From a virus (lineage: Duplodnaviria > Caudoviricetes), in IMG/VR virus record IMGVR_UViG_3300028242_000036, positions 1 through 64,000 of that record: a DNA stretch of 64,000 bases; one strand, 5' to 3'. The position numbers and the translations under genes were made by a program. This document shows positions 49,846-59,792 of this stretch, one piece after another (the stretch's first letter is position 1; each line of letters begins with the position of its first letter). The notes below the pieces were generated by a model, which worked only from the letters and a program-made list of their open reading frames with translations, was not told where the DNA came from and did no database searches.

Positions 49846-49973
49846 AAATCCCTGCTACACCAAACTCACTATTGTACGGATAGTATTGAGCTTAGTTTGT
49901 ACATTGTAGCATACTCGATATGGCTTTGTACTCACTACTTAATTTGTTCTGTAATCTCTCGACTACATTTACT

Positions 49974-50263
49974 ATTATAATATTATTTTGTTGTTTTGTC
50001 AAGAGGTTTTTGAAACTTTTTTGATTTTTTCTTAAATCTTTTTGTTCGGCTTTCTTCGACCACTGACATACTCTATTATAATATTATTTTATTCATTTGT
50101 CAAGGGGTTTTTGAAATATTTTTCAAAAAGTTGGCTACCGATTTGAGGAAAGACTATACAGACACTTATATCCAACAGTTCGACAGCTCAATGCTTTCCT
50201 ACAATCAAACTGTTCCCTCCACCTGACATATTCTATTATAATATTATTTTCTTGTTTTGTCAA
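49974..50263 (-). promoter_or_regulatory. Three tandem class A promoters with A-rich UP elements driving the tRNA/ncRNA array
   Basis: TTGACA-17-TATAAT at 49974-50002, 50075-50103 and 50235-50263. Confidence 0.85.
50132..50229 (-). ncRNA. Candidate pseudoknotted small RNA
   Basis: Starts right after a promoter; AACAGTTTGA/TCGAACTGTT stem whose loop AGGAAAG can pair with downstream CTTTCCT. Confidence 0.45.
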
Positions 50264-50282
50264 TACCTTTTTGTAAAATTTT

Positions 50283-50546
50283 TCAATTTCTTTTAAAACT
50301 CATATTGCTAATACTTCTGATTCCACAAAAGACTGCTCCTGATATTGAACGAATTGCGAATAACACCCAAAAGAAATCCCAATATCCAATAGTAGGAAGG
50401 TCTGAAATATACTTACACACTACTTCATATCCTTTACCTACCAACCAAGCATTAAGAAAAGTTGCTAATATTGTACCCATAAAAGTTCCTAATACTGTGC
50501 CACAACCCTCTGCAATAATTTTTTCGTCAAACTTCTCTGTTGTCAT
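50283..50546 (-). CDS. Small membrane protein
   Basis: Two hydrophobic segments; RBS. Confidence 0.6.
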   Translation of the reverse strand: MTTEKFDEKIIAEGCGTVLGTFMGTILATFLNAWLVGKGYEVVCKYISDLPTIGYWDFFWVLFAIRSISGAVFCGIRSISNMSFKRN

Positions 50547-50565
50547 TGTTATATACTCCTTTCTA

Positions 50566-51216
50566 TTATGATACTACTGATACATTTCTATACTGTCTAC
50601 CCCAATTTAAAGCTGTAGAATGACTGTCAAAATAAATATCAATTCTTGACTGACCGTGACCTGCTCCAAATCTATCTGCCACCTGTACTTTACCATACCC
50701 TTCTATATATAGAATAGTACCCATTTTATAATAGTCACTTGCGACAGAATACCCCGATGTAAGTTTCATACCTGTAGCACCGTACTTCACCTCGTCATCT
50801 GTAGCCCACTTACCACAACACTTTGAGCATCCACAATAGGCTGTGATATTACCTTTAAAACTATTTGAATCAGAGCTTGTCTTAGTTGTTGACGGCTTGG
50901 TTGTAGTCGGCTTGGTTGTTACAGGTTTCTTTGTGGTGGTTATAGCTTCAGTAGTAGCTTCAAGCTTTTCCTTATAATCTTCAATTTGAGATTGATAAGT
51001 TTGAATTTCATCTACATAGCTTTCAACCTTACCTTCAAGCTCAGAATATTCAATGCTATATTCCTCAATTACAGATAGATATTCTGAGTTCTGTTGCATC
51101 AGCTCTTTCCGTTCTACTTGAACATATGCTATCGACATAGCAAAAATGATTAAGAAAACAGCACACAGTATTGTTGCAATTCGTACATTAGTTTTTTCAT
51201 TTCTTCTGACATTCAT
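50566..51216 (-). CDS. Membrane-anchored 3D-domain (lytic transglycosylase-like) protein
   Basis: TM helix, coiled coil, Thr/Lys linker, ITAYC...VADR.GA...RIDIY. Confidence 0.85.
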   Translation of the reverse strand: MNVRRNEKTNVRIATILCAVFLIIFAMSIAYVQVERKELMQQNSEYLSVIEEYSIEYSELEGKVESYVDEIQTYQSQIEDYKEKLEATTEAITTTKKPVTTKPTTTKPSTTKTSSDSNSFKGNITAYCGCSKCCGKWATDDEVKYGATGMKLTSGYSVASDYYKMGTILYIEGYGKVQVADRFGAGHGQSRIDIYFDSHSTALNWGRQYRNVSVVS

Positions 51217-51354
51217 AATTATAACTCCTTAAATATTATTTTGTTTGCTTGTCTGTATATAATTATAATATTATTTACACAAAAAAATCAATACGCAAAA
51301 TACACAAAGAATTTATTGACTTTTCAACATTCTTTGTGCATTTTGTATATCCTG

Positions 51355-52425
51355 TTAATTTAGATATATGCTTTCGACACCTACCTTGATTAATTCTTGT
51401 AAGCTACCTACCCTTGCATTGACAACTAAATGTCCGTCATTACCTGTTGGTACATAAGGTTCACAATAATTAAATTTACCTGCTATTTGAGCTACTTCAT
51501 ATCTGTCAAGTTCTTTTGCACCCTTTTCTTTCATCATTGAATATGCTTCGTGTAAAATACCACTATGATACAAATTGGTTACAGTAATATAAGGATTGCC
51601 TACCCACTCCCTAATTACACGCACTCTTGCTTGTAATCCCTTTTGTTCCATAGGTACATCTATTTTCTTGCCACCAGCAGTTTTAAATACATAAACACTT
51701 TCAGGGAATCTTAATGTTCTTACTCCTAAACCGTTTGTTAATATCTTGTTAGGGTCTTTTCTGCTTTGAGCAGTACCGTTATTTAAATAATATGCCTGTT
51801 GAGATATAGTTAGTTTAAGTAGTTCAAAACATCTTTCAGAACAACCAAATATCTTTCTTACATTCCCTTTTTTATCAGTAGCAACAATACCTTTCTCTTT
51901 AAAATCAATATCTGTCTCTTTAAGATTTATTAATTCATCAGGCTTTAAACCATTAAATAGTAATTCTAACATACACCTATCATTAAAATTAACCAACTTT
52001 TCTTCTATCTCTCTTACCTCTTGATAGGTTAGATACTTATTTTCCATAGCATTTTTATTCACATACTGTGAATAGTCTGTGATTATTTCAAATGGATTTA
52101 ATGTTGTTAAATTGTGTTCAATACAGTAATTTATATACTTTTTAATATATGATATACCTGTTCTTACAGTAGCCACCGATTTATAACTAAATTCATTTTC
52201 TATTAGTTCATTAACTTCGGCTAAATTAAAATTATATACACTTTTCCCAATTAGTTTTTCAAACTTATCAACCTTTAATAAAACACCCTTCAATGTTTTT
52301 GCTGTACTTGGATTTAAAGTATTTAAAAAATCTTCTTTGTTGGCACTATCTATCTCAAATTTTCTATCTGCTAATGCCACTAAACCATTTCGGCATACTT
52401 TAACCTCTTTCTTTTTGTTATTCAT
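51355..52425 (-). CDS. Tyrosine-recombinase-fold protein lacking catalytic residues (SPbeta YopR/SroF-like repressor)
   Basis: LELLFNGLKPDEL (R to K) and TNLYHSG in place of HxxRH. Confidence 0.7.
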   Translation of the reverse strand: MNNKKKEVKVCRNGLVALADRKFEIDSANKEDFLNTLNPSTAKTLKGVLLKVDKFEKLIGKSVYNFNLAEVNELIENEFSYKSVATVRTGISYIKKYINYCIEHNLTTLNPFEIITDYSQYVNKNAMENKYLTYQEVREIEEKLVNFNDRCMLELLFNGLKPDELINLKETDIDFKEKGIVATDKKGNVRKIFGCSERCFELLKLTISQQAYYLNNGTAQSRKDPNKILTNGLGVRTLRFPESVYVFKTAGGKKIDVPMEQKGLQARVRVIREWVGNPYITVTNLYHSGILHEAYSMMKEKGAKELDRYEVAQIAGKFNYCEPYVPTGNDGHLVVNARVGSLQELIKVGVESIYLN

Positions 52426-53764
52426 TCTCCCTCTCTCCTATAAACAAATTATATAATTTATTTTTTGCAGATTTATTTAAGTTATTAGTAAGATTAGATA
52501 TATAAATATTATTCTGATTATCTCTGCCAAAATCATAAGAAGAAAACACTTTAGATACTATTTGTATCCAATCATTCACTCCGTATAATTTTCTACTCAT
52601 ACCTATATATGCCATAAACATATATTTATTGGTTGAAAAATCATTCTTGCTTAAAAACTGACTAATGTGATTCAAGAAATTTACTATCCAATCTGCTACT
52701 GATTTTGCCATAGATTTATTTGTTAATAAGTCACTATAATTATCTGCAATAGCTGTGGCAAGCAAACTCTTTTTAGTATAACCGTCATATCTTAACTCTT
52801 GTTCAGTATTTTTTATCTTATCTGATAATTCAAACAAAGGACTATCTATAATTAAATCAACTACTAAATTTTCTATTTTACTTTTGTCTAAAGTATTAAC
52901 ATACTCTTTTTTAATAGGTGTCTGCTTATTAATTTGCACCATAAAATCTTGTGCTTTTTGTTCTGTGAAATTTGTTATTGTAAGTTTCCAATTAAATTGA
53001 AGTTCAGGGTTTCTAATAATGGCTAATTGATTTGCTGTCTTTCTGTGAAAACCATCAAATATATCCATTTCACCACTAATGATTTTTAATTCACCAACAA
53101 CACCATCGGTTGATGAAAATTCAATTTCATCATCACCGTTTCTCAAAATATTTATTTTGATTTCGTCTGCAAATTGTCTACCACTCAAAAGATTATCTGA
53201 AATTTCTTGTATCTTTTTTGTATTAACATTAATTCTTTTAATACCAAACATATCTATTTTTGCATTTCTTTGGGTGTTAAAGTTATAAATAATATCGTTA
53301 GCTCTGTCAATAAGTGCCAAATCTTGTGCCGATATAATTCCTGTATAATGACCATCTGACACTTTTAACATATTTGAAAAAGTATAAGGATACCCCTCTT
53401 CTTTTTCAGGGGTATAACTATGTTTAGAAAAATATTGTTGTTCGGATAAAGTAAAATAATCCTTAACATCTAATTTAGTTATTTCTTCTTCTAAACCAAT
53501 AGATTCATCACTTCTATCTTTAAGTCTTAATGCTTCTTGAAATCCTTCTGTAAAAACATAAAGCACAAATAGTTCTTTATCGTTTTTAATATCTAATGTT
53601 TCCAACTCTAATCTTCTGTTAAGTATTTTAATAGGATAACTACTCAATAAATTCTTTTCTGTAAATTTAGATTTTAGATATTCTTTGACTTGTCTATTTG
53701 TGCCATATTTATTTATCATTTGATTTAGTACATTAATTAAATTTGCGTTGCTTTGATTTAACAT
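52418..53764 (-). CDS. DGQHR/DndB-like (ParB superfamily) protein, YopQ/SroE-like
   Basis: DIFDGFHR motif; overlaps the recombinase-fold gene. Confidence 0.7.
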   Translation of the reverse strand: MLNQSNANLINVLNQMINKYGTNRQVKEYLKSKFTEKNLLSSYPIKILNRRLELETLDIKNDKELFVLYVFTEGFQEALRLKDRSDESIGLEEEITKLDVKDYFTLSEQQYFSKHSYTPEKEEGYPYTFSNMLKVSDGHYTGIISAQDLALIDRANDIIYNFNTQRNAKIDMFGIKRINVNTKKIQEISDNLLSGRQFADEIKINILRNGDDEIEFSSTDGVVGELKIISGEMDIFDGFHRKTANQLAIIRNPELQFNWKLTITNFTEQKAQDFMVQINKQTPIKKEYVNTLDKSKIENLVVDLIIDSPLFELSDKIKNTEQELRYDGYTKKSLLATAIADNYSDLLTNKSMAKSVADWIVNFLNHISQFLSKNDFSTNKYMFMAYIGMSRKLYGVNDWIQIVSKVFSSYDFGRDNQNNIYISNLTNNLNKSAKNKLYNLFIGERENE

Positions 53765-53855
53765 AATACACCACCTTTTTTACCATTAGTTTCATAGTAT
53801 CACAAGATGTATAATATGTCAAAGTTTTAGTTTATAAATTTTATTTTATTTTGCT

Positions 53856-54086
53856 TTAATAAATTGCTCTATAGGAAAATTGATGACATTCTCCTATACT
53901 AACAGCAATTTTATTTAATTGTTCAATATAATCTGTGACACTCTTTTCGGTTTTAAACAGCTTAACAGCACATCTTTCCTTGGTGTTATAAGCAACATAA
54001 TGTAATCCATCTTTTTCTTTTACATAACCAACAACATATTTACCATTTTCATCAATAATAACATACCCTTTTCTGTCTTTCATCAA
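53856..54086 (-). CDS. Hypothetical protein
   Basis: ORF track. Confidence 0.5.
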   Translation of the reverse strand: MMKDRKGYVIIDENGKYVVGYVKEKDGLHYVAYNTKERCAVKLFKTEKSVTDYIEQLNKIAVSIGECHQFSYRAIY

Positions 54087-54200
54087 ACTATCCCCCTTGA
54101 AGTCTTGATAATTAGAATAATAAATGTTATAATTACGGTGTCGGAGCTTATCATTCTAATGCTTATGTCTTAGTTTGATATTATCTCTAATATAATTCTT

Positions 54201-54226
54201 GCAGGGTAATTTAGATATTACCCTGC
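54201..54226 (-). terminator. Intrinsic terminator
   Basis: GCAGGGTAAT-TTAGAT-ATTACCCTGC. Confidence 0.7.
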
Positions 54227-54242
54227 TTTAATTTTCTGTCAA

Positions 54243-54590
54243 TTATAGCTTTATATACCATTCTGCAACAACCTCTGCAATCTTTGTAGGGATTTTATAA
54301 TATGTGTTGCGGATAGCTGTAACAACAATATCCTTAGTCACCTCTTCTACGGTGCTTTCTGCAAGATAAGTATTGATACAATTAAGCATTTCTTTTTCTG
54401 TTACTGTAAAACTCATAGAATTTTTGGTTATCAGCTTTCCATTAGCAACAACAAAATCATCAAGAATAAAGAACAGATTTCCGTCAGTTTCTTTTACCAT
54501 CAGCACTTCATTTTCAGGGATATATGCAAGTGCTACCACTCTTGTATCGTGCATAAAATACTTCTTGCCAACCTCAATTACATTTTTCAT
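54243..54590 (-). CDS. Hypothetical protein
   Basis: ORF track. Confidence 0.55.
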   Translation of the reverse strand: MKNVIEVGKKYFMHDTRVVALAYIPENEVLMVKETDGNLFFILDDFVVANGKLITKNSMSFTVTEKEMLNCINTYLAESTVEEVTKDIVVTAIRNTYYKIPTKIAEVVAEWYIKL

Positions 54591-54617
54591 AAATCATTAC
54601 TCCTTTAAAAATAAATT

Positions 54618-54881
54618 TTAATCTTTAATTAATTCTTTAATATCAAAGTTATATAGGACAGCCAACCATAATGCATCTTCAAATGTAGGAATATTAGGTG
54701 AACTCAAAGCAAACCAACTGTTAACCTTATGAGCATTATATTGAGTATCTTCAATAACCTGTTTGTTTTTGATACGAAGTTTCTTAGAAATCGTTGACAA
54801 ATTAATTGTAATAATTCTTCTGTCCATATTATTGTACTTTCTCATAATTTCAAGGAACTCTTCCTGTGTATAGTTTATCAT
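54618..54881 (-). CDS. XRE-like HTH regulator
   Basis: HTH pattern ending NSWF...IPTFEDALWLAVLYNFDIKELI. Confidence 0.55.
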   Translation of the reverse strand: MINYTQEEFLEIMRKYNNMDRRIITINLSTISKKLRIKNKQVIEDTQYNAHKVNSWFALSSPNIPTFEDALWLAVLYNFDIKELIKD

Positions 54882-54972
54882 TCTTTCACCTCTCGTTGTC
54901 AATTCTAATCCAATTATAGCATTATCAATATTTTCTGTCAATATAAATATTATTTTATTTACTTATGGAAAA

Positions 54973-55596
54973 TTAGTGCTTACTTTCCATAATTACACCA
55001 CATTTCTTACATTCAATTTCCAATCCCTCTTCCCCTCTTACACTAATTTCACAACAAGGGCAAGTGTATTTGGTAGTTTTCTTTGTGGTCTTTTTAGTTT
55101 CTTTGCCTTTACCCATAGGTATCTTTCTGAAGAATTTAAAATTATCCTCATTGATATTTAAGCTCTGCACATATTTAATAAACTGTTCTGTCGGTGTGGT
55201 AACACTCCAACCAATAGTCTGTGCTTTTTCAATAATCAAATCTCTCTTCTCTGCTTCTTCCTTGAACCTCTTATTATGATATACATTGCCATTACTTGTG
55301 TCTTTAATATCATTTATTCTGCAATACAGATGTACCATTTCGTGATTTACTGTACCACAAAGATTTGCTAAAGGTCTACTGAGATGTTCTGCCGAAACAT
55401 TGATTTCGTGGAAGAGCTGTCCTTCGTCTCCCTGTCCACCCCAACGGTCAGGTGCGAACCATCCATATGCCTTACCTTTAGGTGATGACTGAATGGTAAT
55501 CACTACTTCAGGCAGTTCATTGTTGTAATATTTTCTGTTAAGATTATCATAGATATTCTTCAGTTCTTTAACTGCATTTGTATAAAACTCTGTCAT
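54973..55596 (-). CDS. SprT-like zinc metalloprotease
   Basis: HEMVH, YHNK.FK, C-terminal zinc ribbon. Confidence 0.85.
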   Translation of the reverse strand: MTEFYTNAVKELKNIYDNLNRKYYNNELPEVVITIQSSPKGKAYGWFAPDRWGGQGDEGQLFHEINVSAEHLSRPLANLCGTVNHEMVHLYCRINDIKDTSNGNVYHNKRFKEEAEKRDLIIEKAQTIGWSVTTPTEQFIKYVQSLNINEDNFKFFRKIPMGKGKETKKTTKKTTKYTCPCCEISVRGEEGLEIECKKCGVIMESKH

Positions 55597-55631
55597 AGCT
55601 CAATACTCCTTTATACTTTTAAAATTTAATT

Positions 55632-55841
55632 TTAATCTTCCATATACATTTCTTCATACATTTCCATATCTTCAAGTGCTGAAATAAGTCCGTCAAAATC
55701 CTCGTTCTCACCAAGCATACTTGCCAAACCATATACCTCCATATATGAAACACCGTATGATTTTGCTAAACTTTCAAGATATTCTCTTCTGTTCTTATAA
55801 CCATTTCTTGTATAAACATTACTCATCGGATTTCCCTCCAA
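55632..55841 (-). CDS. Hypothetical protein
   Basis: NGYKNRREYLESLA...GENEDFDGLISALED. Confidence 0.6.
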   Translation of the reverse strand: MEGNPMSNVYTRNGYKNRREYLESLAKSYGVSYMEVYGLASMLGENEDFDGLISALEDMEMYEEMYMED

Positions 55842-56137
55842 CCATTCTTTTGAATTATAGCTCTCATATTTGCAACACCTACAGGATTAGCAGAGTGCAG
55901 TATAAATATAATGTTGCTAACTGCCTCGGCAAATTCTTGACTTCTGTGTGCTTTTCTTTCCAACTCCTCAACAATAATAATAGCATCACCACCAAAAGTA
56001 TCTCCCATATCGTGGTCTAAGTGAAGAATTTCAACTTCTTTTATATTCGCAACAATTAGTCGTAAAGCTTCGTTTGTGCTTTTGCACCATATATATCCTT
56101 CAGGTGCAGGTCTTACATCGTCAACCCAAACTTTCAT
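55823..56137 (-). CDS. Cyclic-phosphate-processing receiver-like domain protein
   Basis: MKVWVDDVRPAP...LDHDMG...HSANPVG...M; start corrected to MKVW. Confidence 0.75.
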   Translation of the reverse strand: MKVWVDDVRPAPEGYIWCKSTNEALRLIVANIKEVEILHLDHDMGDTFGGDAIIIVEELERKAHRSQEFAEAVSNIIFILHSANPVGVANMRAIIQKNGWREIR

Positions 56138-56156
56138 TTTTCTGCCACCCTTCTTA

Positions 56157-56471
56157 TTATTGCATTGTTCTGCTAAAAGCTTCAACAAGTATTTTGGATA
56201 ACTTATCATAAATTTTATATTGTTTTGTTGTAGTTTGAATAAGTTCTTCATATAATGGTCGGATAAGTTTAGAAGCTTCTTCTACTGTAAATCCGTATGT
56301 AACAACACTATCATAAGAGTATTCTTCATCCTGCCTTTTCTTTGTTGGATTAGTCACAAAGTAACAAACTCCGTCTTTACTCACAAGAACGGTATCATTA
56401 TCTTCTGCCATTACAAGACAATCACCAAGATTTTTTAGTGTAATTTTTTCTGCGATTCTCACTATAATCAC
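56157..56471 (-). CDS. Hypothetical protein
   Basis: ORF track. Confidence 0.5.
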   Translation of the reverse strand: MIIVRIAEKITLKNLGDCLVMAEDNDTVLVSKDGVCYFVTNPTKKRQDEEYSYDSVVTYGFTVEEASKLIRPLYEELIQTTTKQYKIYDKLSKILVEAFSRTMQ

Positions 56472-56478
56472 TCTCCTA

Positions 56479-56661
56479 TTATATAACTCTTACTTTAAAG
56501 TATTCAGGTTTATAAACCTGACACAAGGCATTTGCACAAGTATAAGCATTGCCACTACTCGACACCTTTGCTAACACAAATACATCTCCAACCTTACAGT
56601 TACAACAAGATTGAAATTTAATACACTCTGCCGTTACTGTCCACCATTTTTTATTTGCCAT
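56479..56661 (-). CDS. Hypothetical protein
   Basis: ORF track; RBS. Confidence 0.5.
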   Translation of the reverse strand: MANKKWWTVTAECIKFQSCCNCKVGDVFVLAKVSSSGNAYTCANALCQVYKPEYFKVRVI

Positions 56662-56762
56662 TTGACTCTCTCTCCTTTGCTATCTCTTATTTACAATATA
56701 ATTATAACACTATTAATGCAATTTGTCAAGAGTTTTTTGTAAATTATTTTTAAAATTTTATT

Positions 56763-56987
56763 TTATTTTTCTGCTTGGAGTAGCCAATCGGTAAACCGAT
56801 TAGTTAACTCTCTTGCCTTGCTACCTAACATCCAAGGAAAAACTGTTTTGGCTAACAAATCAAACACAGTTATATCTTCGCCCAGCTCGATAAAAAAGGT
56901 AGATGTATAAGCACACACTATTATTAATGCAGTTACACTCCATACAAGTATTCTTCTTTTGTTCATTTCTTTATACCTCTTATCCAA
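56763..56987 (-). CDS. Small membrane protein
   Basis: Hydrophobic helix. Confidence 0.5.
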   Translation of the reverse strand: MDKRYKEMNKRRILVWSVTALIIVCAYTSTFFIELGEDITVFDLLAKTVFPWMLGSKARELTNRFTDWLLQAEK

Positions 56988-57366
56988 ATATCACATCATC
57001 AAAAACAGCATACTGAATAATACAATCACAAGTAGTAGCATCGTAATTCTCTAAATCACAATCCCAAGGTCTTTCTTCTGCATTTTTCTGTATTCCTACA
57101 AGCAATCTGTCAAGGGTAAAATCATACTTAGGCTCTTCATCCTCTTTTATATCTGTGATTTTAACTTTGCCACCATTCAGGATAATCTTTGCTACAATTT
57201 CAGCAGTAGCAAGGTCTGTTGTATTGTAATACTTTTCAAATTCCTCTGTGTCATTGTGAAGCATAGCCCAATATCCAATGCCTGTTTCAAGCCCATCAAT
57301 GACAAGATTCGTAATCTCTTCTTCTGTGATTTTCTTCTTAATTGTATATTCAAACTCTCTGCTCAT
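56980..57366 (-). CDS. Hypothetical protein
   Basis: ETGIGYWA...YDATTCDCIIQYAVFDDVIFG. Confidence 0.6.
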   Translation of the reverse strand: MSREFEYTIKKKITEEEITNLVIDGLETGIGYWAMLHNDTEEFEKYYNTTDLATAEIVAKIILNGGKVKITDIKEDEEPKYDFTLDRLLVGIQKNAEERPWDCDLENYDATTCDCIIQYAVFDDVIFG

Positions 57367-57377
57367 ATTATCTCTCC

Positions 57378-57587
57378 TTATCCCATTTTATAATTTTTGT
57401 ACCAACTGTCTTTTCTCGGTGTTGTTCTTGGCTTATATTTATTACAATCTTTTATATCACAACCTCTCGGTTCTTCTGTTTTTATACAATAACAACAAGC
57501 TTTATACGGTGTGTATTCCCACATAAGGATTTCACCATATTCACAACTCTCCCACTTCGGACAGTCACAATGTTTTACATTACTCAT
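57378..57587 (-). CDS. Small Cys-rich protein
   Basis: Multiple Cys pairs. Confidence 0.5.
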   Translation of the reverse strand: MSNVKHCDCPKWESCEYGEILMWEYTPYKACCYCIKTEEPRGCDIKDCNKYKPRTTPRKDSWYKNYKMG

Positions 57588-57620
57588 AATTCAATACCTC
57601 TTTCTTTATTATACTCTTTA

Positions 57621-58082
57621 TTATTCTTTAGTCCAATAGTTTCCTATACAACCGTCTGTGCTATCCCAAGTATCAATCACTTTTCCATCTTTAATGCAGA
57701 CTATATGACCACCACCAATATGTGCCACACAAGTGCCTTTAAACTTTTTCACAAATTCTACACCTGTATATTTTGTGCCATCTGCTTTTTTAGGCTGTTT
57801 CTGTTTTATCCAACCATTATCAGCTAAATATTTGGAATAACATTCTGTACTACCCATAGACACTTTATATTTGATGACATACTCAAATAATCCTTTTGCC
57901 ACATCATCCCAGCTTTTATCCATTGCAGTACATATTGCCCTTATAACACAATCACCTGTTCTTCTGTCTTTAGGATTTGCATTATAAAACTTAAAAGATT
58001 TTGTGTTTGTTGGTATTTTTCTAATTGCCATAATCATAACTCCTTTTCTGTTGTTGATATAATTATAACATACATAATGCAA
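57621..58082 (-). CDS. Conserved phage protein with papain-like Cys/His pattern
   Basis: NPK...GDCVIRAI...HIVCI..G...DTWD. Confidence 0.6.
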   Translation of the reverse strand: MHYVCYNYINNRKGVMIMAIRKIPTNTKSFKFYNANPKDRRTGDCVIRAICTAMDKSWDDVAKGLFEYVIKYKVSMGSTECYSKYLADNGWIKQKQPKKADGTKYTGVEFVKKFKGTCVAHIGGGHIVCIKDGKVIDTWDSTDGCIGNYWTKE

Positions 58083-58122
58083 TTTGTCAATACCTTTTTT
58101 AAAATTTTATTTTATTTTTTTG

Positions 58123-58311
58123 TCAGTATTCTAAAGATTTCTGCCAACTTTTATCTTTTCTGTTGTACTTATCTTTCCTATTAACAACTTTTGTTATCGG
58201 TGAACAAGTCCACAAAGTTCTCTGCTTATTATTCTGCTCTTTCTTTTGTTTCTTATTAGGATTTTTATTTGTTACATATCGTTTCATAATTAATACTCCT
58301 TGTAAGGACAT
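58123..58311 (-). CDS. Small basic protein
   Basis: Lys-rich; ORF track. Confidence 0.45.
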   Translation of the reverse strand: MSLQGVLIMKRYVTNKNPNKKQKKEQNNKQRTLWTCSPITKVVNRKDKYNRKDKSWQKSLEY

Positions 58312-58478
58312 TCAAGCACACAATTTAAGCAATCATTATTACAATAACCATTTTCAACTGTACTGCTTTCACCATTGTCATAGCTTTCAAATGCATCATA
58401 TTCTGCCATTTTGCTCATAGCTTCTGTGCCATAGATAAATCTGTTAATATTCTGTCTCATAATTATAATCTCCTTCTG

Positions 58479-59060
58479 TCAAATTTCAATATCGTCAATG
58501 GTTAAATTACTTATTCTAATTCTTTCTGCTATAAATTCTTTTGCCAATACTTTAAGTCTATCAATATCAGCTAATACACTCTCACCTTTTATTGATAAAT
58601 CTGAATCAGTTACTCTTTTATATACCTTTTCATACTCTGCTCTAATGCTCATTAAATGCTCATTAAAGCTCTTTATATAAGAGGTAATATAAATTCCCTG
58701 CTCACCCTCATAAATCGCTCTAACCTGTGTAGAATACATTATTTTATGCTCTACAAAGTGAATGTTTAACATATCGGCAGGAATATATAAATCTGCTTCT
58801 ATATCACTACCACAAAACTCTTTACCTTGACTGATAGCAAATACTGTTCCGTCAAACTTAACTTTTCTCTTCAGCTTCAACTCTTCTATGGGTAATTCAA
58901 CTTCTTTTATATCACCCTGCTTTGTTTCAAGCCAACCACTATTTGAGGAAACAACAATCCCCTCTGCATTATAAAAATGTATCTGATGAATTTTATAAGC
59001 CTTATTGTTTACTGTTATTGCATAAGGTCTGTACCAATTAGTTGTTCTTCCTATCTTCAT
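58479..59060 (-). CDS. Hypothetical protein
   Basis: ORF track; RBS. Confidence 0.55.
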   Translation of the reverse strand: MKIGRTTNWYRPYAITVNNKAYKIHQIHFYNAEGIVVSSNSGWLETKQGDIKEVELPIEELKLKRKVKFDGTVFAISQGKEFCGSDIEADLYIPADMLNIHFVEHKIMYSTQVRAIYEGEQGIYITSYIKSFNEHLMSIRAEYEKVYKRVTDSDLSIKGESVLADIDRLKVLAKEFIAERIRISNLTIDDIEI

Positions 59061-59248
59061 AATTAATCCTCCCTAAGTAATCTTTGAAGTCTATCAACTT
59101 CCCTTTGCAATGCTCGTGGGTCTTTGCCACACTCATCCATTTGTTCAATGGTTGACTGCAAATATTCTATTCTGTGTTCTACATACTGTTTGCATCTTAT
59201 GAGTATTTCCATACCTTTAATAAAATCATTATCCATAACAAACCCTCC

Positions 59249-59770
59249 TTAAACTGCAATTTTTGAATACCAAGTTTCACCATTACTGAATCTTGCTGAT
59301 ACACCATAAGCTTCAAAACCATACTCTTCACCAAGCTTTTTGAGTATCTTATTTATTTTGTTGATTTCTGACTTGTATTTTCTTCTTGCCTGACTTCTAT
59401 ACATATCATAGTAACAATGTGCATCATAGTTATCAAGGTCAAGCTCACCGTTAGCATCTTCATCGTGATGCATAGTTTCACAATAAAACTGAACACCTGA
59501 ATAATAGCCACTCTTTAATTCAATCTTGTGGAAAATCAAATCATAATTGATTTCTTTAAGCTTTTTATCAATCTCATTGCAAATGTACTCTGCCTCCCAT
59601 TCATCATAAAAGCTTTCTGCTTCATTTGATAAATCACAACCACAAAATTCACATTCATCATTTTCGTTATCCTGCATTGTTCTACATTCGGGACAAATTT
59701 TACACTCTTCATAAAAATCTCTTGCCCAAAGAGGGAAATTATCCATACTCCAAAAATTAGCTGTACCCAT
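59249..59770 (-). CDS. Hypothetical protein with zinc ribbon
   Basis: CPEC...CEFC; GYYSGVQF; ARFSNGETWY. Confidence 0.6.
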   Translation of the reverse strand: MGTANFWSMDNFPLWARDFYEECKICPECRTMQDNENDECEFCGCDLSNEAESFYDEWEAEYICNEIDKKLKEINYDLIFHKIELKSGYYSGVQFYCETMHHDEDANGELDLDNYDAHCYYDMYRSQARRKYKSEINKINKILKKLGEEYGFEAYGVSARFSNGETWYSKIAV

Positions 59771-59792
59771 AAATCTTAACCCCTTTCAAATA

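Noticed and set aside
50132-50229. HDV-like (theta) ribozyme
   Set aside because: The topology is partly similar, but there is no CC in L3 for P1.1, no catalytic C in a J4/2 strand, and it does not follow a tRNA 3' end
51355-52425. Second active integrase
   Set aside because: The catalytic Arg and HxxR motif are substituted; better explained as a repressor-type derivative
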